From Macrostomum hystrix (Eukaryota > Animalia > Platyhelminthes), in NCBI GenBank assembly GCA_950097015.1, contig CATNEN010000039.1, positions 7,378,001-7,442,000 of the forward strand: a DNA stretch of 64,000 nucleotides, read 5' to 3'. Within the stretch, counting starts at the first letter, position 1, and each line of letters starts with the position of its first letter. The translations under genes and the position numbers were made by a program. Shown piece after piece: positions 38,585 through 49,162 of this stretch. The notes under the pieces were generated by a model. That model was given only the letters and a program-made list of their open reading frames with translations. It made no database searches and was not told the DNA's origin.

Positions 38585-41500
38585 ATGCTTGCCGCTGCTC
38601 ATGGTTGGACTCTGCTGGCAGCCTTCTTGGCTGTCGTAGCGACCCGAGGTGAGTTGAAATAATTGAACTTAGCTTTAACAGTATAAAAACCACGGGACGT
38701 ATTTCAAGTACCCAGTTTTTCTGCAACTCCAAAAATATTTATATTATTGAACCAATATGGATTCGCCATAGAGGTGTACACAGAGCAATGTTAGCTGTCA
38801 CCAGGGTCTTTGAAAATAGTGCTGAATATCTTAACGATGCTGACGTCGTAAGGCTTTGAAAGTTAGTTCATCGTGAAAGGTGAAAAATTTTAGTCCAAGT
38901 GTGTCCCCGCGGTGGTCTCTCCCGATGAGAAACAAGTGGCGTCGTTTTACTGTTAAGGGGATAGTGGATCTGCCCTGAATTCTCATTGTCAGGCACTCTC
39001 ACTAAGCTGCATGGCTAGCCAAATATAATACAAGTGTATTTGTACTAAAAATAGCCTCTTAAATTGCTACCTCAAATCGCTGTTTTAGCCCAGGCTACCA
39101 CACCAACATTGCCTTCAGTTACTGCCACAGCAACAGCAGGTGAGTGCAATAGCTTGAATTACCGGGAAATGTGGAATCAATTGAACATAATTTATTTAAA
39201 CTCGTATCGTTTCAGCGCGAATACGATTTCTGTGCCAAAGCCGAATCGTAAACGTGTCATACGTGTCGGACTTCGCTCTGTTGACATCCCCGGTGACACT
39301 GTCACTCAGCAGTGATGTGCAGCAGTTTGTGAGTTGGATTGTCTGCTGTTTTGTTGGTTTAGAAAACTGATCTCAGAATCAGAGTGTCATAAACGTTTCT
39401 CACAATCCTTCAGCGTTTCTCACAATACATCAGCGTTTCTCACAATCCATCAGCGTTTCTCACAATCCATCAGCGTTTCTCACAATCCATCAACGTTTCT
39501 CACAATCCATCAGCGTTTCTCACAATCCATCAACGTTTCTCACAATCCATTAGCGTTTCTCACAATCCATTAGCGTTTCTCACAATCCATTAGCGTTTCT
39601 CACAATCCATCAACGTTTCTCACAATCCATCAGCGTTTCTCACAATCCATCAGCGTTTCTCACAATCCATCAACGTTTCTCACAATCCATCAGCGTTTCT
39701 CACAATCCATCAACGTTTCTCACAATCCATTAGCGTTTCTCACAATCCATTAGCGTTTCTCACAATCCATTAGCGTTTCTCACAATCCATTAGCGTTTCT
39801 CACAATCCATTAGCGTTTCTCACAATCCATTAGCGTTTCTCACAATCCATCAACGTTTCTCACAATCCATTAGCGTTTCTCACAATCCATTAGCGTTTCT
39901 CACAATCCATCAGCGTTTCTCACAATCCATCAGCGTTTCTCACAATCCATCAACGTTTCTCACAATCCATTAGCGTTTCTCACAATCCATTAGCGTTTCT
40001 CACAATCCATCAACGTTTCTCACAATCCATTAGCGTTTCTCACAATCCATTAGCGTTTCTCACAATCCATCAACGTTTCTCACAATCCATCAACGTTTCT
40101 CACAATCCATTAGCGTTTCTCACAATCCATTAGCGTTTCTCACAATCCATCAACGTTTCTCACAATCCATTAGCGTTTCTCACAATCCATCAGCGTTTCT
40201 CACAATCCATCAACGTTTCTCACAATCCATTAGCGTTTCTCACAATCCATTAGCGTTTCTCACAATCCATCAACGTTTCTCACAATCCATTAGCGTTTCT
40301 CACAATCCATTAGCGTTTCTCACAATCCATTAGCGTTTCTCACAATCCATTAGCGTTTCTCACAATCTATTAGCGTTTCTCACAATCCATTAGCGTTTCT
40401 CACAATCCACTAGCGTTTCTCACAATCCATTAGCGTTTCTCACAATCCATCAACGTTTCTCACAATCCATCAACGTTTCTCACAATCCATCAACGTTTCT
40501 CACAATCCATTAGCGTTTCTCACAATCCATTAGCGTTTCTCACAATCCATTAGCGTTTCTCACAATCCATCAGGTTGTTTTAGAAATCCACCTGGGTGTC
40601 TCAGAATCTATCAGGTTGCCTCAGAATCTATCAGGTTGCCTCAGAATCCATCAGGTTGCCTCAGAATCTATCAGGTTGCCCCAGAATCCATCAGGTTGCC
40701 TCAGAATCTATCAGGTTGCCTCAGAATCTATCAGGTTGCCCCAGAATCCATCAGGTTGCCTCAGAATCCATCAGGTTGCCTCAGAATCCATCAGGTTGCC
40801 TCAGAATCTATCAGGTTGCCCCAGAATTTATCAGGTTGCCTCAGAATCCATCAGGTTGCCTCAGAATCTATCAGGTTGCCTCAGAATCTATCAGGTTGCC
40901 CCAGAATCCATCAGGTTGCCTCAGAATCCATCAGGTTGCCTCAGAATCCATCAGGTTGCCTCAGAATCGATCAGGTTGCCTCAGAATCCATCAGGTTGCC
41001 TCAGAATCCATCAGGTTGCCTCAGAATCTATCAGGTTGCCTCAGAATCCATCAGGTTGCCTCAGAATCCATCAGGTTGCCTCAGAATCCATCAGGTTGCC
41101 TCAGAATCTATCAGGTTGCCTCAGAATCTATCAGGTTGCCCCAGAATCCATCAGGTTGCCTCAGAATCCATCAGGTTGCCTCAGAATCCATCAGGTTGCC
41201 TCAGAATCGATCAGGTTGCCTCAGAATCCATCAGGTTGCCTCAGAATCCATCAGGTTGCCTCAGAATCTATCAGGTTGCCTCAGAATCCATCAGGTTGCC
41301 TCAGAATCCATCAGGTTGCCTCAGAATCCATCAGGTTGCCTCAGAATCCATCAGGTTGCCTCAGAATCCATCAGGTTGCCTCAGAATCTATCAGGTTGCC
41401 TCAGAATCCATCAGGTTGCCTCAGAATCCATCAGGTTGCCTCAGAATCCATCAGGTTGCCTCAGAATCTATCAGGTTGCCCCAGAATCCATCAGGTTGCC

Positions 41501-44500
41501 TCAGAATCCATCAGGTTGCCTCAGAATCTATCAGGGTGTCTCAGAATCCACCTGGGTGTCTCAGAATCCATCAGGTTGCCTCAGAATCCATCAGGTTGCC
41601 TCAGAATCTATCAGGTTGCCCCAGAATCCATCAGGTTGCCTCAGAATCCATCAGGTTGCCTCAGAATCTATCAGGTTGCCCCAGAATCCATCAGGTTGCC
41701 TCAGAATCCATCAGGTTGCCTCAGAATCCATCAGGTTGCCTCAGAATCGATCAGGTTGCCTCAGAATCCATCAGGTTGCCTCAGAATCCATCAGGTTGCC
41801 TCAGAATCTATCAGGTTGCCTCAGAATCCATCAGGTTGCCTCAGAATCCATCAGGTTGCCTCAGAATCCATCAGGTTGCCTCAGAATCCATCAGGTTGCC
41901 TCAGAATCCATCAGGTTGCCTCAGAATCTATCAGGTTGCCTCAGAATCTATCAGGTTGCCCCAGAATCCATCAGGTTGCCTCAGAATCCATCAGGTTGCC
42001 TCAGAATCCATCAGGTTGCCTCAGAATCGATCAGGTTGCCTCAGAATCCATCAGGTTGCCTCAGAATCCATCAGGTTGCCTCAGAATCCATCAGGTTGCC
42101 TCAGAATCTATCAGGTTGCCTCAGAATCCATCAGGTTGCCTCAGAATCCATCAGGTTGCCTCAGAATCCATCAGGTTGCCTCAGAATCCATCAGGTTGCC
42201 TCAGAATCTATCAGGTTGCCTCAGAATCCATCAGGTTGCCTCAGAATCCATCAGGTTGCCTCAGAATCCATCAGGTTGCCTCAGAATCTATCAGGTTGCC
42301 CCAGAATCCATCAGGTTGCCTCAGAATCCATCAGGTTGCCTCAGAATCTATCAGGGTGTCTCAGAATCCACCTGGGTGTCTCAGAATCCATCAGGTTGCC
42401 TCAGAATCCATCAGGTTGCCTCAGAATCTATCAGGTTGCCCCAGAATCCATCAGGTTGCCTCAGAATCCATCAGGTTGCCTCAGAATCCATCAGGTTGCC
42501 TCAGAATCCATCAGGTTGCCTCAGAATCCATCAGGTTGCCTCAGAATCCATCAGGTTGCCTTAGAATCCATCAGGTTGCCTCAGAATCTATCAGGTTGCC
42601 CCAGAATCCATCAGGTTGCCTCAGAATCCATCAGGTTGCCTCAGAATCCATCAGGTTGCCTCAGAATCCATCAGGTTGCCTCAGAATCCATCAGGTTGCC
42701 TCAGAATCCATCAGGTTGCCTCAGAATCTATCAGGTTGCCCCAGAATCCATCAGGTTGCCTCAGAATCCATCAGGTTGCCTCAGAATCCATCAGGTTGCC
42801 TCAGAATCCATCAGGTTGCCTCAGAATCTATCAGGTTGCCTCAGAATCCATCAGGTTGCCTCAGAATCCATCAGGTTGCCTCAGAATCCATCAGGTTGCC
42901 TCAGAATCTATCAGGTTGCCTCAGAATCCATCAGGTTGCCTCAGAATCCATCAGGTTGCCTCAGAATCTATCAGGTTGCCTCAGAATCCATCAGGTTGCC
43001 TCAGAATCCATCAGGTTGCCTCAGAATCTATCAGGTTACCTCAGTATCCATCAGGTTGCCTCAGAATCCATCAGGTTGCCTCAGAATCTATCAGGTTGCC
43101 CCAGAATCCATCAGGTTGCCTCAGAATCCATCAGGTTGCCTCAGAATCTATCAGGGTGTCTCAGAATCCACCTGGGTGTCTCAGAATCCACCTGGGTGTC
43201 TCAGAATCCCCAGGGTGTCTCAGAATCCACCTGGGTGTCTCAGAATCCACCTGGGTGCCTCAGAATCCACATGGGTGTCTCAGAATCCACCAGGACCGCT
43301 ATTGATGAGGAGTGTCCGGAATAAAAGCAACACGAAATTTCTCAATGAATTCCACCTACAGCTTCATGGCGCGCTGCAACTGACGGACCACCCATCGCTG
43401 CGCAGTTCAACAATAGAAATCCTTGGCTATGGCGAAGCTGGTGGATCAGTCAACGTGACCTACATTTTGCGATTTCCACCAAATGCTGAACCGATGACTG
43501 CAGCCAGTGTGAAGTTCTTAGTCGACTTTGGCATCGTCATTTATCAGACATCCGGTAGCAGAAAACTTCTTTTTGATAGGAACACGATAGTCAGAGGTGA
43601 AACAGGATCCACTGCAGCTGAAGCCACAGGATCCACTGCAGCTGAAGCCACAGGATCCACTGCAGCTGAAGCCACAGCATCCCCTGCAGTTGAAGCCACA
43701 GAATCCACTGCAGCTGAAGCCACAGGATCGCCAGTCACTGAAGCAACTGGATCGACTTTGCCTGAAGCAACAAGATTGCCAGCCCCTGACGCAACTGGAT
43801 CGCCAGCCCCTGAAGCTACAGGATCGCCAGCCCCTGAAGCAACTGGATCGCCAACCGGATCGCCAGCCCCTGAAGCAACTGGATCGCCAACCGGATCGCC
43901 AGCCTCTGAAGCCACAGGATCGACATTGCTTGAAGCTACAGGATCGCCAGCCCCTGAAGCAACTGGATCGCCAACCGGATCGCCAGCACCTGAAGCCACA
44001 GGATCGACTTTTCTTGAAGCTACAGGATCGCCAGCCCCTGAAGCCACAAGATCGACTTTGCCTGAAGCAGCAGGATCGCCAGCCCCTGAAGCCACAGGAT
44101 CGCCAGCCCCTGAAGCAACTGGATCGCCAACAGGATCACCAGCCCCTGAAGCCACAAGATCGACTTTGCCTGAAGCTACAGGATCGCCAGCCCCTGAAGC
44201 AACTGGATCGCCAACCGGATCGCCAGCACCTGAAGCCACAGGATCGACTTTGCTTGAAGCTACGGGATCGCCAGCCCCTGAAGCAACTGGAACGCCAACA
44301 GGATCGCCAGCCTCTGAAGCCACAAGATCGACTTTGCCTGAAGCCACAGGATCGCCAGCCCCTGAAGCAACTGGATCGCCAACCGGATCGCCAGCACCTG
44401 AAGCCACAGGATCGACTTTGCTTGAAGCTACGGGATCGCCAGCCCCTGAAGCAACTGGAACGCCAACAGGATCGCCAGCCTCTGAAGCCACAAGATCGAC

Positions 44501-47500
44501 TTTGCCTGAAGCCACAGGATCGCCAGCCCCTGAAGCCACAAGATCGACTTTGCCTGAAGCTACAGGATCGCCAGCCCCTGAAGCAACTGGATCGCCAACC
44601 GGATCGCCAGCACCTGAAGCCACAGGATCGACTTTTCTTGAAGCTACGGGATCGCCAGCCCCTGAAGCAACTGGATCGCCAACAGGATCGCCAGCCTCTG
44701 AAGCCACAAGATCGACTTTGCCTGAAGCCACAGGATCGCCAGCCCCTGAAGCCACAAGATCGACTTTGCCTGAAGCCACAGGATCGCCAGCCCCTGAAGC
44801 CACAAGATCGACTTTGCCTGAAGCTACAGGATCGCCAGCCCCTGAAGCAACTGGATCGCCAACCGGATCGCCAGCACCTGAAGCCACAGGATCGACTTTT
44901 CTTGAAGCTACAGGATCGCCAGCCGCAGAAGCAACTGGATCGCCAACCGGATCGCCAGCACCTGAAGCCACAGGATCGACTTTGCTTGAAGCTACAGGAT
45001 CGCCAGCCGCAGAAGCAACTGGATCGCCAACCGGATCGCCAGCACCTGAAGCCACAGGATCGACTTTTCTTGAAGCTACAGGATCGCCAGCCCCTGAAGC
45101 AACTGGATCGCCAACCGGATCGCCAGCCCCTGAAGCAACTGGATCGCCAACCGGATCGCCAGCCCCGGAAGCAACTGGATCGCCAACCGGATCGCCAGCA
45201 CCTGAAGCAACTGGATCGCCAACCGGATCGCCAGCCCCTGAAGCAACAGGATCGACTTTTCTTGAAGCTACAGGATCGCCAGCCCCTGAAGCAACTGGAT
45301 CGCCAACCGGATCGCCAGCCCCTGAAGCAACTGGATCGCCAACCGGATCGCCAGCCCCGGAAGCAACTGGATCGCCAACCGGATCGCCAGCACCTGAAGC
45401 AACTGGATCGCCGACAGGATCGCCAGCCTCTGAAGCCACAGGATCGCCAGCCCCTGAAGCCACAAGATCGACTTTGCCTGAAGCAACAGGATCGCCAGCC
45501 CCTGAAGCCACACGATCGACTTTGCCAAAAGCTACAGGATCGACTTCGCCTGAAGCAACTGGATCGCCAACCGGATCGCCAGCCCCCGAATCCACAGGAT
45601 CGCCAGCCCCTGAATCCACAGGATCGCCAGCCCCAGAAGCCACAGGATCGCCAGCCTCTGAAACCACAGGATCACCTTTGCCCGAAGCTACAAGAACACC
45701 AGCAAATGAGGCCACACGAACACCTTTCCCTGAAGCCACAGGATCCTCAGTCACTGAGGCTACCAGAAGAACAGTCATTTTTATCACCGGGGCAGCCTCT
45801 GGAACTTCGATGACGGCTGTATCAGCTGGCTCGACTTCGGAGACCACAGCCATCAGTAATGTTGCAACTTCAGCTTCAACAGCGACTCCCGCAGGCTTCT
45901 CTACAACCACAGCAGCTCAAACCTCTGTCACCACTCAGACTGCCGGCTGCATGCCCGACGACTGTAAATTTGGAGGCCGGTGCGTCAACGGTGTCTGCAG
46001 ATGCAAGCCATTCAGGGGCGGACCGCGATGCGAAAAAAGTGAGTCATTGAATTCGCAGTGGAGTGGATTGCTAGTCTATTCTCATTGAACTGACAGTCAA
46101 TGGAGTGGATTGCTAGTCTATTCTCATTGAACTGACAGTCAATGGAGTGGATTGCTAGTTTATTCTCATTGAACTGACAGTCAATGGAGTGGATTGCTAG
46201 TCTATTCTCATTGAACTGACAGTCAATGGAGTGGATTGCTAGTCTATTCTCATTGAACTGATCGACAGTCAATGGAGTGGATTGCTTGTCTATTCTTACT
46301 GAACTGACAGCCAATGGAGTGGATTGCTAGTCTATTCTCATTGAACTGACAGTCAATGGAGTGGATTGCTTGTCTATTCTTACTGAACTGACAGTCAATG
46401 GAGTGGATTGCCAGTCTATTCTCATTGAACTGACAGTCAATGGAGAGGATTGCTAGTCTAGCCCTTCTTCCCTGACGTTGCAGAGCGAACTAAAGTGAAG
46501 TGCCAGAACCGAATGCCAAAGGGAATTTTCCAGAGCGCCTACAGAAATCTGCTTTCGCCCATCACCTTGGCACTTTGGCAGATTGTCATGGAATTTGTAA
46601 GTTTTCTAAAACAACCCAAAGAGATTTCGAAAATCTTTCTCACCCAATAGACTTTGAAACGTGAAAATCTTTTTCACCCGAATGTCCTTCAAATTCCACA
46701 GCTTATAAACAGCTTCCGCCTGTCGGCGAATGCTCAGTTCAGAGCGGCTGACTTTGAGCTGGAGCTTGTTGGCTTTGAGCCGGGCTCAGTGGTGGCCCTG
46801 TACAATCTGCGGTTCGATCTGCCCGACAGTGCGGACTCCATGTCTCTCGAGGCAGTCAAGGCGGCCATGGACTCTGGCATTGCGGCCTACAGCAGCTCCG
46901 GTAGTGGCAACCTGACAGTGGAGGCCAACAGCTCCGTTTCGGGTGAGAATCAATCAATCTGAAGGGGCCGTGAGGTGGTGGGTGCAGTGAGGTGGTGGGT
47001 GCAGTGAGGTGGTGGGTGCAGTGTGGTGGTGGGTGCAGTGAGGTGGTGGGTGCAATGAGGTGGTGGGTGCAGTGTGGTGGTGGGTGCAGTGAGGTGGTGG
47101 GTGCAGTGAGGTGGTGGGAGCAGTGAGGTGGTGGGTGCAGTGAGGTGGTGGGTGCAGTGAGGTGGTGGGTGCAGTGTGGTGGTGGGTGCAGTGAGGTGGT
47201 GGGTGCAGTGAGGTGGTGGGTGCAGTGAGGTGGTGGGTGCAGTGTGGTGGTGGGTGCAGTGTGGTGGTGGGTGCAGTGAGGTGGTGGGTGCAGTGAGGTG
47301 GTGGGAGCAGTGTGGTGGTGGGTGCAGTGTGGTGGTGGGTGCAGTGAGGTGGTGTGTGCAGTGTGGTGGATGGGTGCGGTGGGGTTGTGGGAGCAATGAG
47401 GTGGTAGGGGTTGTGAAGGCAGAATTGCCACCCTGTTCGTGAAGTAATGTCAAATTGTACTTTAAGCTTCCCTTGTCGCTCTCTTGCCTATCTTCAGCGT

Positions 47501-48344
47501 ACAATTACTGTTCGGAGATTCCCTCGCCGTGCTCCCAGTACGCCAACTGCAGACTCACCGCGGCAAGCAGCGGCTACGCCTGCAGCTGCTGGTCGGGCTT
47601 CAGAGACGAGGACACCAGCGCGCCCGGAACTGGCTGCACCGAACTTTGCAGCAGCTCCACTGTCTACTGCTCCCGGAACGGCATCTGCCGGTCCAACTCA
47701 AATTCTCGAGTCTCCTGCGAGTGCTTCAGTGGCTATACTGGCGACACCTGCCAGGTGGCAGGGATGAGCCAGGCACTGCTCGCCATCATCATTGCCGTGC
47801 CGATTCTGTTTGTCGTCATTGTGGCACTGGTCGCTCTCCTGGTCTGGACGCACAGACGTCGCGAGGGTCGCTTCAAGAGTGCCATTAGCCGAATAGGCGA
47901 AATTGGCGATGGGCAAGGAGACGCCACCGAGGGACTGCCAACAGGCATCTCGATTGGCTGGTCGCAGAGTGGATTTGCGGGCCCTTGGGTAAGTTCAGCT
48001 TGTCTTCGGCAGTCTAAGACTCTTTTTCTGGTGACACAGGCTTTTTGTGCGTAAGAGGCACTTCTGTGGTGTCAGAATATGCCCTCGTGCATCAGATTTC
48101 GACTGGTAGCCAAATTAAAAGGAGTATGGGTGTCATCGGTGCAAGTAGGTGCATCGGACTGATTTCTGTGCTGTACCACATACCCGTATTTCAGCCGAAG
48201 TTCCCACGAGCCAACCTGTCAGTAGAGCACCCGGAGCTGCATCAATCTGCTGAAGTCGCAGCGTCTTCATCAGTCGAGGGATCAGGACGCGAGCAGCGGT
48301 CCTCCGAGTTCAGGACTGAGCCTGAATGGACTTTTCCTGGATGA
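38585..48344 (+). CDS. Mucin B: paralogous type I transmembrane mucin (about 1,299 aa), SP-SEA-PTS-EGF-SEA-EGF-EGF-TM-tail
   Basis: Exons 38585-38648, 39089-39139, 39216-39328, 43362-46038, 46484-46596, 46702-46942, 47498-47988, 48195-48344 (sum 3,900 nt, phases consistent). Signal peptide MLAAAHGWTLLAAFLAVVATR; SEA motifs GGSVN and PGSVV; PTS unit EATGSPAP/EATGSPTGSPAP; TM ALLAIIIAVPILFVVIVALVALLVW followed by THRRR; AATAAA at 48864-48869. Confidence 0.85.
38775..38957 (-). repeat. Dispersed repeat, right arm of the inverted pair (in mucin B intron 1)
   Basis: Reverse complement aligns with 37714-37955. Confidence 0.75.
39392..40570. repeat. 20-bp intronic minisatellite (cacaatccattagcgtttct)n, about 59 copies
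   Basis: Directly visible; lies inside intron 39329-43361. Confidence 0.97.
40571..43292. repeat. 20-bp intronic minisatellite (tcagaatccatcaggttgcc)n, about 136 copies
   Basis: Directly visible. The unit has no stop codon on +, which explains the three overlapping spurious ORFs. Confidence 0.97.
43362..46038 (+). CDS. Mucin B exon 4: second half of SEA + acidic PTS repeat + EGF
   Basis: Acceptor ctacag|ctt at 43362 continues the phase-0 SEA half-exon 39216-39328; EGF CMPDDCKFGGRCVNGVCRCKPFRGGPRC; donor A|GTGAGT at 46039. Confidence 0.85.
46058..46460. repeat. 42-bp intronic tandem repeat (gtcaatggagtggattgctagtctattctcattgaactgaca), about 9.5 copies
   Basis: Directly visible; fills most of intron 46039-46483. 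Confidence 0.93.
46970..47410. repeat. 17-bp G-rich intronic minisatellite (gtgaggtggtgggtgca)n, about 25 copies
   Basis: Directly visible in intron 46943-47497. Confidence 0.93.
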
Positions 48345-48364
48345 TCTGGACAAGAGGGGTCTGG

Positions 48365-48702
48365 TAGGGTGGGTGCAGTGGGATGGTGTGTGCTCTGTTT
48401 GGGTTGGCGGTACTGTGTTGGGGTGGTGGGTATGAGGTGGTGGGTGCTCTGTTTGGGTTGGCGGTGCTGTGTTGGGGTCGTGGGTGTGGGGTGGTGGGTG
48501 CTCTGTTTGGGTTGGCGGTGCTGTGTTGGGGTGGTGGGTGCTCTGTATTGGGGTTGGTGGTGCTGTATTGGGGTTGGTGCTGCTGTATTGGGGTTGGTGC
48601 TGCTGTATTGGGGTTGGTGGTGCTGTATTGGGGTGGTGTCTGCTGTGTTCGGGTTGGCGGTGCTGTGTTGGGGTTGTCGGTGCTGTGTTGGGGTGGTGGT
48701 GC
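48365..48702. repeat. Degenerate GT-rich tandem repeat (gtgctgtattggggttg-like) in the mucin B 3' UTR
   Basis: Lies between the stop codon at 48344 and AATAAA at 48864. Confidence 0.8.
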
Positions 48703-49162
48703 GTGATCAAGTGATAGCACCCATTGTATTGCAAAATGCACAAATATGTAAACAAGCGCACACTCCTCTTGCGTGAATTGGTGGCTTTTAAAGAAACAAT
48801 CAGATTACTTTGAGACTTTATGAATGAATCGAATTGTTTGTGAATCTTTAGGATTATATTTTGAATAAAATCATTAAAAATAGCTTTGTACTTCAATATA
48901 GCTCGTAGTTTAATGTTTTCTTTAAACTTTATTTTAAACCTTGGACGCGAGTTCGAGTCTTGAAACTGGTTGTGTAAAATACACGCTGTAAATGTACTTT
49001 TAGAATATTCAGCTATCAGGTGACTCGGGGGAATATTTTCAACCTAAGAATACCTTCTAATTTATTTGGGACATAAAAAGGCTGACTAAATGCAACAATT
49101 CTTCACTGAAAAACTGAATATCTAACGGAAAGGAGCAGCAAAGCAACAAAAATGATCATTCA

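Noticed and set aside
40596-43324. Three overlapping long + ORFs of RLPQNPSGCLRIHQVASESI repeats, including the N-terminal half of the 1830-aa ORF
   Set aside because: Arithmetic consequence of a stop-free 20-bp unit. The region lies between two halves of a SEA domain with canonical donor (39329) and acceptor (43361), so it is best read as intron.
46856-48896. His/Pro-rich and Val/Gly/Trp/Cys-rich ORFs over the 17-bp and 3' UTR repeats
   Set aside because: Translations of G-rich intronic or UTR tandem repeats.
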